From NCBI GenBank assembly GCA_946965045.2, contig OX337242.1, forward strand, positions 124,001-188,000: a DNA stretch of 64,000 nucleotides, written 5' to 3'. The position numbers and the translations under genes are program-made. The notes beneath the pieces are model-generated. The model saw nothing but the letters and a program-made list of their open reading frames with translations. It did no database searches and was not told where the DNA came from. Shown piece by piece: positions 1 to 10,377 of this stretch. This DNA comes from Epithemia pelagica. Taxonomy: Eukaryota > Protista > Bacillariophyta. How positions within the stretch are numbered: the stretch's first letter is position 1; each line of letters starts with the position of its first letter.

Positions 1-1512
1 CCTAGGTAGTGCGTCTTAAGGGCCAAGTATGCAGCACGTCCATTGCGGGTGCGGGCGAAGGACATCACCCATCCCCAGCCAGGGCCGTCATGAGTAATAT
101 GTCGAATTACTTCCCATACGGCAACCATGTCAGTGGTTGCTGTAGGGCCTTGGTGCGATGCGCGCCGAATCATTTCAGCTAAAATGGTTGGGGTGCCAAA
201 CCCATTTGGATCTGTGGTTTCCGGTTGGACGTCGGGGTTTTCTCTCACATAGGCAGAAAGGGGAATTCCAGTTGCTCCACGCTTGCGTTCCAAATAGTTA
301 TCCAAATCTTCAAGAACGACTCGAATATTATCAACACTGCTGAGTTTCCCAGGTAGTTCAACTTCGTTGTCATACTCGTCTTCAGCTTCTTTGAACCGAT
401 ACAACAGGGTCAAGTCATTCATCGTAGGTGGAACTGCAGCGAAAGTGCGATTGATTTTCCCAATGTGAACGATGTAGTAACGGAGCATCTTGAGTTTCTT
501 TTCAACCAGGTGCCCGATGAGGACTCCTGGATTAGCTATCATTGCTGGTACTCCAGCCGGATCAGGGTTGGGGATGAGGCCACCAGGTTTACGAGCGTTG
601 GTACAAATTTCGGCGACGTCTGCCTCGCTGAGGGCTTCAAAGTCGTAGACGGAGGTTAGGCCTTGACCATTGAGAGCAGTACGAACTGCTGGATCGTTAA
701 TCTGCAAGACGACATCCAAATACACGTTCAGTAGTTGCATAGGATTCGGTGCTGCCATGGTTGCGATTGTTCTTCTTCTTTTTCGGACTTGTTCGGACTT
801 TCCAGCGAAGTGAGCTTCATTTGTTTTGGGGGAATTTTTCACTTCATGGTCTGAATTCTACTTGCGAGCGAGCGGTAGAATCGGAGTTGGAGTGCTTGCA
901 TAAGGTGCTAGGACGGCGCACGCCATTTAAGTAATGAACATGTCCGTATAGCGGCATCCTTCAACGGCAGGATGTGCGGCGCGTCCACCATTGCCCGGTG
1001 TGTGCGCATACGCTGACCACACACCACAATCATCCATCTCGAGCCCCGTTGCAGGCGAGATATTAGTGAGATGAAAGGGAGTACAGGTATCCAACCTAGG
1101 GCAGTCATTCTTCCAAGCGAATGATCTAGATATTTCGCGACCTTCCCAGGCCATGGTGGTGTGACATCTCCTTCATCGGTTGATGCATTTGGGTCTGATA
1201 AACCAAATTACGCGTGTGATACCAAGTGAAAAACTAAAATAGTGAGCATTAAGCTACGCGTCCCTCATGGGTTAGCTACTCGCCCAAAACTCGCTTAATA
1301 TCAGTCGCCTTTCTTGAAGTGAACCCAACATTTGTTGAGTGGTTTTGGCGAATAAACCACCAGCACCACTTCTCTCCTGATATAGAGACCTCAAAGAAGT
1401 AGTACGTGTCGAACGGTTTGTGTTGAACAAAGGCAGGCCGTGAGGGAAACCCGAACTCTAGGAGATGGTATATATCTGATATATTGGTTCCACAAAGCAA
1501 GCTGCGAATACA
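1..1512 (-). mobile_element. 5' end of a Ty1/copia element (candidate LTR ~1227-1512, candidate PBS 1211-1224)
   Basis: On the minus strand a segment beginning TG (1512) and ending ...TTTTTCA (1227) is followed 2 nt later by TGGTATCACACGCG, which resembles a tRNA-iMet PBS (TGGTATCA). The second LTR lies outside the window, so boundaries are unverified. Confidence 0.45.
3..758 (-). CDS. gag: Gag N-terminal part of a diatom Ty1/copia (CoDi-like) retrotransposon, truncated by the window edge
   Basis: My own translation (absent from the ORF track because there is no stop): MAAPNPMQLLNVYLDVVLQ...VVLEDLDNYLERKRGATGIPLSAYVRE...EMIRRASHQG...VWEVIRHITHDGPGWGWV...RNGRAAYLALKTHYLG. The frame is open for 252 codons and matches the G(I/V)PLxYV(I)R and DGRxAxxALxxHYxG motifs I recall from CoDi Gag proteins. 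Confidence 0.8.
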   Translation of the reverse strand, partial: MAAPNPMQLLNVYLDVVLQINDPAVRTALNGQGLTSVYDFEALSEADVAEICTNARKPGGLIPNPDPAGVPAMIANPGVLIGHLVEKKLKMLRYYIVHIGKINRTFAAVPPTMNDLTLLYRFKEAEDEYDNEVELPGKLSSVDNIRVVLEDLDNYLERKRGATGIPLSAYVRENPDVQPETTDPNGFGTPTILAEMIRRASHQGPTATTDMVAVWEVIRHITHDGPGWGWVMSFARTRNGRAAYLALKTHYL

Positions 1513-1514
1513 AC

Positions 1515-2109
1515 CAGGGCTGTGTGCTGTGTAGTACCAAAGTCCCATTTTTGGCATAGTATTGGACTTTGTACTGTACTTTGAGGACTTTGCCAAGTCC
1601 TGAAGTACAGTCCCCCCTTCTCATCCAAGATCCAAGGGACTGTTAGTCTTCTAAGTCTATTCTCCCTCCCTCCATCAACAGACTCGGCCTTAGGCTTCAT
1701 AGTCCCCCCCCCTCTCTAACAAGCGTACTTTTAGTCAGTCAGTCTAGTCCCCCTGTCCTCTATTTGGTACTATTAGTCTCGAGGTCAAGTACCACTCATC
1801 AGCATTATGGACTTTCGGAGTATGCAATAAATGGGGTAGACACGGACTATGGTACTTTAGAGTCCGATTTTTCGTCAAAAAGTACCATAGTATAGGATAG
1901 AAAGTACCAAAGTGCAGCGTACTTTTTAAGTTAGCCATAGTCACTGCAGTCACTAGGTACAGTCTATGGCTATGCGTCTATGGACTTCAGTACTGTGAAA
2001 AAGTACATCGCACTTGTGAGCATGTACTATAGTCTTTGAGCGAAATCGACTCGGATTCTACTAGTGTACTACTAGTCCTGAAGTATAGTCTTAATAGATT
2101 TTCAATGGA
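1515..2109. repeat. Orphan DNA-transposon-like end: CAGGGCTGTG start followed by dense AGTAC/GTACT/AGTCC/GGACT motifs
   Basis: Starts CAGGG like the TIR elements at 27978 and 53053. About 570 bp saturated with short AGTAC/AGTCC motifs in both orientations, including a 13-bp inverted repeat (1846-1858 / 1879-1891). No partner end found. Confidence 0.4.
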
Positions 2110-2172
2110 TATATCAAGTCGGGAATTGCGACCTAGGAAACTGGAAACAGGAAACAGGCGAACTTTAGCCCT

Positions 2173-2388
2173 TGCGGTACCCCTATATGGATCCCGCCAT
2201 ACGTGTCGCCACGTTCCATTCCCGGTTCGCGTTCTTGACACTGCGACATGACTCTTCCGCCATCTGGCTATTCCTCCTCCAGTCATTTCTCGTCGCACGT
2301 GGCACTGTGGATTCCTCATCCCCCCTAATTCCTCGTAATTCCTAAAGATCACAATTTTTATACCGTGCTATTTTACATGGGTATGGCA
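2173..2388 (+). repeat. 5' LTR of the gypsy element
   Basis: TGCGGTACCC...GGGTATGGCA, a direct repeat of 7671-7886 (215/216 identical). Confidence 0.97.
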
Positions 2389-2521
2389 CTCTGATCAGAA
2401 GCTTGAAAACTTCCCCCAACACTCTTTCACCATAACCACCTGCCGTTTTTTGGCCGATCCTCGTTGATCTTATCATCCTTTGATTCCTTTCCTTTCCTTT
2501 CCTTTCTTTTGCAGTCTCATC

Positions 2522-4045
2522 ATGAGCACAGGATCTTCCCTCGTCTCCCTTGCGGATGTTCAACGCTTTCAAAAGCGCTTTGATCAAGCCTCGGCTTCAG
2601 ATTCTTCCTCTGCTCTTTCCACCCTCAAGATGAAAGACGACGACGATGACAAGTACTACGCCCGTCTTTTGCCATTCCGCGATGGCGTGGACGAAGAGCC
2701 CTCAAATCTCTTCCTGTGGGTCCTCCATTTTGTTGACAAGGTCAAGATCTCCGGTCATCCAGAGCCCTTTGCTGCCTGTTGCACCTACTTTCCCCGTGTT
2801 ACCACAAGTCTCGTAGCGGACAAGTTTCATGATGCATTCCAGGCCTTGCTTGATGGCGCCGACCTCGATGAGGCGTGTTTCAAACGGTTGATTGCTACAA
2901 TCTTTGAACCCAAGTTGACGGTTTCTGAAGTCAATGCCTTTCGGGCACACCTTCTTAGCGGTCCTCGCAAGCCACCTGATATGACCGTGGATATCCATTA
3001 TCACACCCTCCAGAAGATTTCCAACGGTCTCCGTTACTTGTCTAACGACAACGCTGTCCAAGCCCTCACTGACGATGAGTTGAAGCAAGCCTTTTATCTC
3101 GGCTCCCCTGTTGCTTGGCGCAACGAGTTCAAGACGGCCAATCCCTTGGTTGCAGATTTGGTGAACCATTTCAACGTCACCAACCTCCTTCATGCGATGC
3201 GTGGCTATCAACGGGCCTCCCAAGAGAAGATGGCTGCCAATGCACAGTCCCAGGCCAAGTCCCGCAATCCTCGCGATGATTCCACTTCTCGTGGTTCTAC
3301 GAAGCGTTTCCGCTCCTCTAATGGTGGCCGTGGCGGTCTCCGCGGCGGCAATCGCCAGTCCAATGGTGGACGCCAAGCGTCCGGTGATCGTCCCGTCAAT
3401 GACGACGATGCCTGTCCTTACAAGGACGCGATTCCTTCGCACGCCAATCATACTTGGGCCAACTGCATCTACAACCCGCAGTCCTCCAATTTTAACCAAG
3501 AGCGTTTCAACGCCTCTCTTGCCCGTACCGGGTCTGGTCTTCGTACCCCTACTGGGTCTCACCCCAACAATGGTTCTCAGAACCAAGGCCGTAACGGCCA
3601 AGGCTCTCGTAGCCAGGGAACTCCCTCGTCTGGAGGATCGCGCCCTATTGGTTCCAGTTGGGGCGCTGTTCCCCGTCGTTCTGGATCTGGCTCCGACCAG
3701 CATGCCTCTGAAGGCACCAACACAGGCGACAATCCACCGGTTGATCCGTCGTTGGCCGAGCCGTTGCCTTCTGTGCAAGACGCGGCTTATCGTGCCCGTC
3801 AACGTCCTCTCGCTGATACGCGTGATTGGTCGAGTCTCCGTAATGCCAATCGAACGGTCCCCGGTATGTGCTCTTCTTCCTTTTTTACCTCATCCTCTCC
3901 GGATATTTCTCATCATCTTGATGTTCTTTTTGCTCAGCAATGTCACATCCAGACTGGCCCTCTACAGGCTATGCCGGCAGAGAATGCCATCCTCAGGCCC
4001 CAATTCTCGAGGTCTGCGAACAATTGTACAAGATCTACGGCGTAA
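2522..4045 (+). CDS. gag: Gypsy Gag
   Basis: First ATG at 2522 (the track start at 2480 is TTG). Retrotransposon gag-like core, Cys/His knuckle CPYKDAIPSHANHTWANC and a G/S/N/R-rich tail; lies between the 5' LTR and pol. Confidence 0.85.
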   Translation: MSTGSSLVSLADVQRFQKRFDQASASDSSSALSTLKMKDDDDDKYYARLLPFRDGVDEEPSNLFLWVLHFVDKVKISGHPEPFAACCTYFPRVTTSLVADKFHDAFQALLDGADLDEACFKRLIATIFEPKLTVSEVNAFRAHLLSGPRKPPDMTVDIHYHTLQKISNGLRYLSNDNAVQALTDDELKQAFYLGSPVAWRNEFKTANPLVADLVNHFNVTNLLHAMRGYQRASQEKMAANAQSQAKSRNPRDDSTSRGSTKRFRSSNGGRGGLRGGNRQSNGGRQASGDRPVNDDDACPYKDAIPSHANHTWANCIYNPQSSNFNQERFNASLARTGSGLRTPTGSHPNNGSQNQGRNGQGSRSQGTPSSGGSRPIGSSWGAVPRRSGSGSDQHASEGTNTGDNPPVDPSLAEPLPSVQDAAYRARQRPLADTRDWSSLRNANRTVPGMCSSSFFTSSSPDISHHLDVLFAQQCHIQTGPLQAMPAENAILRPQFSRSANNCTRSTA

Positions 4046-7000
4046 CATGGACATCGCCCACATCTACGATTTGTCCTCCCCTGGAGGCAACGACGAATAC
4101 TGTCGTTTCCCCTTGTCTTAATCCTACGGATGCTGTCATCGCTGACATCGTTGATCCCAATAATGGTTTTTTATCTAACCTAGATCACTATGAAGATGTC
4201 TACTCATCTAGTTCTGTCTCTGACGCTCCTAGTTTATCTAGTCCCCTTTCGGTCGCTCCTTCTGAGCCTCCGTCTGTTCCCCTCACCATTTTGATGGCTC
4301 GGTCCATTGGTGGAGTCGCGAACACCGTCCCGTTGCGTGCCCTGCTCGATTCAGGCGCCGACAAGACGATCCTGCACGCGCGCTGTCTTCAGCCCGGCAT
4401 GCATCCACGTGTAACCAATCGGTCTGTCAATACCACCATGGGTACGCGCGACCACGTCTCCGAGATTCTTCTCGAAGATTTGGTTCTCCCCGAGTTTTCT
4501 CGGACCAAACATATCTCATACCCCCTTTGGGCCGACATCTTTGATGCCCCCACTTGTCGTTATGACATCATTATTGGTCGCGATCTTTTACGTCGCTTGG
4601 GCATTGTGCTCAATTTTCACACTGGTCTCACAACTTGGGACTCCGTTGATGTCGCTATGCGCCATCGCGATTCATTCGCCACTGACCAGACATTCATGTC
4701 TCATTTCATCGACATCTTTGCCGACGATCCCATTATTGGTGATCAATTCCTCTTGGATTCTAATTACGTTCCTACGGATCTACAAGAGTTGATTAATCAA
4801 CAAGAACATCTTACCGATGCCCAAAAGCAAGATCTTCTTGCCATTTGGCAAGACTGTGGCAAAATCTTCGATGGCGAGCTCCGTGAGTATCCGGATCGAA
4901 CGCTCCATCTCCATCTCAAACCTGATGCCCAGCCGGTCCATCATCGTCATTTCTCGGTCCCTCGAAACATACACGATACCTTTACCAAGGAGCTGTGGCG
5001 CTTTGTCGACATCGGCATCCTAGAGCGCGTCGGTTCCACCGAATGGGCTGCTCCTCACTTTGCCATTCCTAAAAAGGATGGCCGTATTCGAATGATTTCG
5101 GACTTTCGTTCTTTGAACGCCCAACTCTACCGTCGGGTCTACCCCTTTCCTCGTATCGAGGACATGCTCCGTAAACGGAAAGGCTACAAGTATTTTACAA
5201 AGTTAGACATCTCCATGTGTTTTTACACATTCCGCCTCAATGAGGAATCCAGCAATCTTTGCGTCATTACTACGCCTTTTGGCAAATTCCGTTACCGTCG
5301 CTTGCCGATGGGTGTTAAACAGTCTCCTGACTTCTGTCAGGAGATCATGGAAGACGTCCTCAAGGACTTCAGCGACCATGTCGAAGTCTATATTGACGAC
5401 ATTGGCATCTTCTCCAATTCTTGGGAAGAACATGTGGACATCCTGTCCAAAGTTCTCCAACGTCTTCAAGACAAGAACTTCTCCATTAACCCTTCCAAAT
5501 GTGAATGGGCCGTTAAAGAAACGGAATGGCTCGGCCATTGGCTCACGCCCACTGGGATCAAACCCTGGAAAAAGAACATTTCTGCCATCTTGGCATTGGC
5601 TCCGCCAAAAACCATGAAAGAACTACGTTCCTTCATTGGCATGATCAATTTCTATCGCCACATGTATCCGCAACGATCTCACATTCTTGCTCCCCTCACA
5701 TCCATTACGGGTAACAAGACCCTCGTTTGGTCCCCGCAATGTCAACGTGCTTTCGAACAAGCCAAGTCCATGCTCGCACATGATGCCTTCCTTCGGTATC
5801 CCGACCATAACCTTCCCTTCCATGTCTATGTGGACGCCTCTGATTATCAGCTTGGTGCTGTTATCATGCAACAAGACGTTCCCGTCGCTTATTACTCTCG
5901 CAAGTTCAACCCTGCTCAACGCAACTACACTACTATGGAAAAGGAGTTACTCTCCATTGTCGAAACTCTTAAGGAGTTCCGCTCCATACTTCTCGGCTGT
6001 GCCGACCTGCACGTCCATACGGACCATAAAAATCTTACCTACGCTACGCTCAACTTGCAACGGGTCCTCCGTTGGCGGTTGTTCCTCGAGGAGTATAACC
6101 CTATTTTTCACTATGTCCCTGGCCAGGACAATGTCATCGCCGACGCCTTGTCGCGTCTCCCTCTCTCTGAAGAGGAGGAGAAGAGTGTCTCTCCGTCGTC
6201 GACCTCCTCTACGGATGCCTCGCCGCATCCACGATCGCTCTATGATCATAGCGGACAACACTCAGTGTTGCAAGTGCCTCATGGCCCTAATGATGACCCC
6301 CGCTCTCATCACTCGCGTGATCCTGACGCTTTCAAATCTCCCATCTTCATGGATGAGGATTTGATCGATGTCTACCTCAATCATCCTCCCATCAACGCAA
6401 ATCAACCATTGCCCGTCGATTACGCGACGATCCATCAACACCAACAAAACGATGCCGCTCTTGTGGCCAAGTTGACCGAACAACCACAGAGATTCCATCT
6501 CCAACCCTTCCCTACGGAAAACCCACAATACAACTTGATTTGTTATCGTCAGAATCCTAATGCCGTATGGCGTATTCGTATCCCAGACAGCCTCTTGGCA
6601 CATACCGTCAATTGGTATCACCTGTCCCTCAATCACTTGGGGTCTACACGTCTTCGTGAGATGATCTCTATGCACATGAGTCATCCTAATTTGGGTTTGT
6701 ATTGTGAACAAGCCGTGGCTAGTTGTGCCACATGCCAACGCTCTAAAGTCATACATCGCCATTATGGTGAACTCCCTCCTCGCGAGGTCCGAGGCAATCC
6801 ATGGGCTGACATCTCTGTCGACCTCATTGGACCGTGGAACGTCACCGTTCATGGGCAGAAATTAACATTTCAAGCCTTGACTATTATCGATAATGTCACT
6901 AACTTCTGCGAACTCATTCGCATCCATGACAAGACGGCACGTCACGTGGGTCTTCAATTGGAGAACGCGTGGCTCTCACGCTATCCACGTCCCGTTCGTT

Positions 7001-7590
7001 GCCTTTTTGATCAAGGCGGTGAATTTATTGGACATGCGTTCACGCAAGTTCTTCGAAACCATGGCATTAAGCCAGTGCCGTTGACGGCCAAGAATCCTCA
7101 ATCAAATGCTCTTTGCGAGCGCTTACATTTGACTGTTGGCAACACTCTTCGTGTGATCACCAACTATGAACCACCACAAGATGCACAAAATGCTGCACTT
7201 GCTGTGGATACTGCTCTGCAGACCGCTGCGTATTCCACTCGCACTGCCATTCATGGCGCCTTGAAATATTCTCCCGGCAGCCTTGCGTTCCACCGCGACA
7301 TGCTGTTCGACATCCCTATTATCGCGGACATGGAAACAGTCCGTCTGAAACGACAACAGATTGTCAATGAACGCGCTCGTCTCGCAAATCGTTCTCGTGT
7401 CTTTCATGATTACGCTGTCAACGATCGTGTGTTGCTCCGCGCCACGAATCCGGACAAGCTTGAGCTTCGCACAAGCCCCAATCCCTTTCGGATTACACAG
7501 GTCCATTCCAATGGCACTGTGACTATCCAACGTGGTCCCCACGTCACTGAACGAATCAACATTCGTCGCCTTGTTCCATTTCGTGAATAA
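3940..7590 (+). CDS. pol: Gypsy Pol polyprotein (protease-RT-RNase H-integrase)
   Basis: LLDSGAD (aspartic protease); YIDD (RT); VYVDASDY...DHKNL...ADALSR (RNase H); WYHLSLNH...CATC (HHCC); DLIGP...DQGGEF...CERLH (integrase D,D35E). No stops or frameshifts and no chromodomain seen. Confidence 0.97.
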   Translation: MSHPDWPSTGYAGRECHPQAPILEVCEQLYKIYGVTWTSPTSTICPPLEATTNTVVSPCLNPTDAVIADIVDPNNGFLSNLDHYEDVYSSSSVSDAPSLSSPLSVAPSEPPSVPLTILMARSIGGVANTVPLRALLDSGADKTILHARCLQPGMHPRVTNRSVNTTMGTRDHVSEILLEDLVLPEFSRTKHISYPLWADIFDAPTCRYDIIIGRDLLRRLGIVLNFHTGLTTWDSVDVAMRHRDSFATDQTFMSHFIDIFADDPIIGDQFLLDSNYVPTDLQELINQQEHLTDAQKQDLLAIWQDCGKIFDGELREYPDRTLHLHLKPDAQPVHHRHFSVPRNIHDTFTKELWRFVDIGILERVGSTEWAAPHFAIPKKDGRIRMISDFRSLNAQLYRRVYPFPRIEDMLRKRKGYKYFTKLDISMCFYTFRLNEESSNLCVITTPFGKFRYRRLPMGVKQSPDFCQEIMEDVLKDFSDHVEVYIDDIGIFSNSWEEHVDILSKVLQRLQDKNFSINPSKCEWAVKETEWLGHWLTPTGIKPWKKNISAILALAPPKTMKELRSFIGMINFYRHMYPQRSHILAPLTSITGNKTLVWSPQCQRAFEQAKSMLAHDAFLRYPDHNLPFHVYVDASDYQLGAVIMQQDVPVAYYSRKFNPAQRNYTTMEKELLSIVETLKEFRSILLGCADLHVHTDHKNLTYATLNLQRVLRWRLFLEEYNPIFHYVPGQDNVIADALSRLPLSEEEEKSVSPSSTSSTDASPHPRSLYDHSGQHSVLQVPHGPNDDPRSHHSRDPDAFKSPIFMDEDLIDVYLNHPPINANQPLPVDYATIHQHQQNDAALVAKLTEQPQRFHLQPFPTENPQYNLICYRQNPNAVWRIRIPDSLLAHTVNWYHLSLNHLGSTRLREMISMHMSHPNLGLYCEQAVASCATCQRSKVIHRHYGELPPREVRGNPWADISVDLIGPWNVTVHGQKLTFQALTIIDNVTNFCELIRIHDKTARHVGLQLENAWLSRYPRPVRCLFDQGGEFIGHAFTQVLRNHGIKPVPLTAKNPQSNALCERLHLTVGNTLRVITNYEPPQDAQNAALAVDTALQTAAYSTRTAIHGALKYSPGSLAFHRDMLFDIPIIADMETVRLKRQQIVNERARLANRSRVFHDYAVNDRVLLRATNPDKLELRTSPNPFRITQVHSNGTVTIQRGPHVTERINIRRLVPFRE

Positions 7591-7656
7591 ATGGGTTTTA
7601 ATGCTGGCCTCCAAGCTTTCCCATTCTTGTCCCGCTCGAACTCCCTAGGTCCGACC

Positions 7657-7670
7657 AGGGAGAGGTAGAG
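7657..7670 (+). other. Polypurine tract
   Basis: AGGGAGAGGTAGAG directly abuts the 3' LTR. Confidence 0.85.
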
Positions 7671-7886
7671 TGCGGTACCCCTATATGGATCCCGCCATAC
7701 GTGTCGCCACGTTCCATTCCCGGTTCGCGTTCTTGACACTGCGACATGACTCTTCCGCCATCTGGCTATTCCTCCTCCAGTCATTTCTCGTCGCACGTGG
7801 CACTGTGGATTCCTCATCCCCCCTAATTCCTCGTAATTCCTAAAGATCACAATTTTTAAACCGTGCTATTTTACATGGGTATGGCA
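7671..7886 (+). repeat. 3' LTR of the gypsy element
   Basis: Direct repeat of 2173-2388, followed by TSD GCCCT. Confidence 0.97.
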
Positions 7887-8435
7887 GCCCTTACCTACTA
7901 CCTATACCTATTACCTATAAGAGTACTCGCAGATGTAGTATGAAGTATGAAGTAGAGTGTGAAAGAAAGCGAATCTTCCCATCACTTCTTCTTGATTCTT
8001 GCATCCATGGCCTCAAGCGACAGAACCTCACGTATCGCAGAAGAGACTTTAGCCCCTTTGCTCGTGAAATGGAGCTCTTGAACTCGGGTCTCGGGTTGGC
8101 CTACCTAGACCATGCGAGCAAGCGGTTTGAGCCACAGTTGGATTCGGAATGTGTCCACCGGAAATAGAGAACAGACGATGGCGCTGCAGACCCGATACAA
8201 TGTGAACAGGTATCCGCCTACGGCTGTTCGAGACGAACGAGATAGCCCGGGGCGACATCCACAAGCTTTCATATTCCGTACATGACAAAATAGTTATACA
8301 ACACGTATACTAGGTAGTTTTCTATTTCGATATCACATGCACACTGCGTAGGAAGTCGACGGGATTTCCCCTCGACCACGACTATTTGGGTGCATTGACT
8401 CGATCGTTTGCCCAGTCATGTTGGCAAGACCACGG

Positions 8436-9395
8436 TTATGCGGCTGCCGCAATTTCAGGGCAGTTTTTCGAAGCGTAATATGAGGCGAAAAAGTCTTCGT
8501 CCACCATGGAACAGAGTCCGAGCGCGGCTTCGAGGGCTTCACTGGCCTTGGGGAAATGGTGTTGAATCTTGAGGACCTCACATAGACTATTCAAGGCCAG
8601 AGCCGACAAAAGTATGGACGGAAAGACTTCCGAGACATTGTTTCCTTGTCCTTGTTGTTCTTCGTGGCCCCAACACCGCGAATGCGACAAGTGTGACAAG
8701 GTCAGTGACCGGTAGGCAAGTGTCAAGGAACGATTGTGTAATCGATCTGGCGAAAGGGTCTTGTTAACTGCCAGTGAATGGCGGTATGGAGAAGTTTGCT
8801 CTTCTCTCAAGAACCTCAAAAGATGAGCCAGTCCATGATTATACAAAACAATACCAAACTGGCGCTCGGCGTCCATCTGACTTTGACTCCAACAGGAGGA
8901 GTCCTCTGCATAACAAGTACTTGTTGAGAACTGGGAATCTCGAACTCGAACGGGATAAAACTGTCCATGAGATGAACCAATCATGATGGCACTTCTCATT
9001 ATTGCAAAGTCTACTTCTTCCAATGGGTGTATCTGACCTTGGTGGTGCGGAAGATTACGACCAAATCGGAAAGATTCGGCCAGGCGTTGTTCCGTGGCAT
9101 GTAGTTTTTCTTGAGATACCTTGGTTTGGTGATTCAGTCTTTTCCAGTTGTCGACTGCCCCTTGTTGCTCGTCATGATGCGATGCCGCCGGATGAAAGCT
9201 TAATTTCAAGAGCGTCAACGAGTCACCAAGGGCCTTGGTGGCGTCTTGATAGTCTCCTCGTTCCAGAAGAGAAATGGCCATGTTATTCAAGGCCAACGCG
9301 GCCCGATAAGCCGGTGATAGTTGTGAGAAAAAGCCATTATTCTTGTCTCCACGAGGAGAATTGGAATCGGCTGGTTTCATCCAAGGTTCCGACAT
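8436..9395 (-). CDS. TPR-like alpha-helical protein of unknown function (319 aa), left-arm copy
   Basis: ATG at 9395. Motifs ALALNNMAISLLERGDY, FGIVLYNHGLAH, ALALNSL and a terminal AAAA resemble a diatom-expanded TPR-like family (from memory). Translation identical to 11061-12020. Confidence 0.8.
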   Translation of the reverse strand: MSEPWMKPADSNSPRGDKNNGFFSQLSPAYRAALALNNMAISLLERGDYQDATKALGDSLTLLKLSFHPAASHHDEQQGAVDNWKRLNHQTKVSQEKLHATEQRLAESFRFGRNLPHHQGQIHPLEEVDFAIMRSAIMIGSSHGQFYPVRVRDSQFSTSTCYAEDSSCWSQSQMDAERQFGIVLYNHGLAHLLRFLREEQTSPYRHSLAVNKTLSPDRLHNRSLTLAYRSLTLSHLSHSRCWGHEEQQGQGNNVSEVFPSILLSALALNSLCEVLKIQHHFPKASEALEAALGLCSMVDEDFFASYYASKNCPEIAAAA

Positions 9396-9906
9396 GCTTG
9401 AAAGGAAGAAAAGCGATAGAAGATAGAACCTAAAATGGCTTGAGGTTAACGAGTTCGGCTTTCCGCTCTCTGGAAACTTCAAAAAATGAACCTTTTCGCC
9501 GTTGACTGTTGACTGTTTTACGACAATCAGAGAAAAAGACCCAAAAAGATCAAGAAAGAGTGAGAACCTCCGAGACTCGGGTAGATCAATATTATGATGT
9601 ACGAGTCAGTGTTATTGGAAAAAATAAGAATAAATAATACGAGCTCGTAACGATTACTTCCATATTGGTGATACTCGAAGGAGTAGTATTTTCTATATTG
9701 GATCAGTATTCTCCAAAAGATAAGAACTGCTTCTCCGGCCGGATTGTAGAGCGGCCAAACAACGGCAAAATTGTAGAGCGGCCAAACAACGGCAAAATAT
9801 GGCTACGATATTGGCCGGAAATTGGGCGATCTAGCTACCGGTTCTTATCTTTTGGAGTATACTGATCCAATATAGAAAATACTATTCCTTCGAGTATCAC
9901 CAATAT

Positions 9907-10106
9907 NNNNNNNNNNNNNNNNNNNNNNNNNNNNNNNNNNNNNNNNNNNNNNNNNNNNNNNNNNNNNNNNNNNNNNNNNNNNNNNNNNNNNNNNNNNNNN
10001 NNNNNNNNNNNNNNNNNNNNNNNNNNNNNNNNNNNNNNNNNNNNNNNNNNNNNNNNNNNNNNNNNNNNNNNNNNNNNNNNNNNNNNNNNNNNNNNNNNNN
10101 NNNNNN
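9907..10106. other. 200-N scaffold gap flanked by a 526-bp direct overlap (9381-9906 = 10107-10632)
   Basis: The same 526 bp end the left contig and begin the right contig, as expected for an unmerged contig overlap. Confidence 0.9.
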
Positions 10107-10377
10107 CCAAGGTTCCGACATGCTTGAAAGGAAGAAAAGCGATAGAAGATAGAACCTAAAATGGCTTGAGGTTAACGAGTTCGGCTTTCCGCTCTCTGGA
10201 AACTTCAAAAAATGAACCTTTTCGCCGTTGACTGTTGACTGTTTTACGACAATCAGAGAAAAAGACCCAAAAAGATCAAGAAAGAGTGAGAACCTCCGAG
10301 ACTCGGGTAGATCAATATTATGATGTACGAGTCAGTGTTATTGGAAAAAATAAGAATAAATAATACGAGCTCGTAAC

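Larger units (their letters stand above)
2173..7886 (+). mobile_element. Full-length Ty3/gypsy LTR retrotransposon
   Basis: TG...CA LTRs of 216 bp (2173-2388, 7671-7886) with 1 mismatch; 5-bp TSD GCCCT (2168-2172, 7887-7891); PPT AGGGAGAGGTAGAG; domain order gag-PR-RT-RH-IN. Confidence 0.97.

Noticed and set aside
2702-3802. Long antisense or alternative-frame ORFs (also 3192-4121, 19131-20174, 19252-20118, 30000-31064, 44135-45310, 60285-61415)
   Set aside because: They overlap well-supported genes, are shadows of low-complexity or biased codon usage, and show no motifs.
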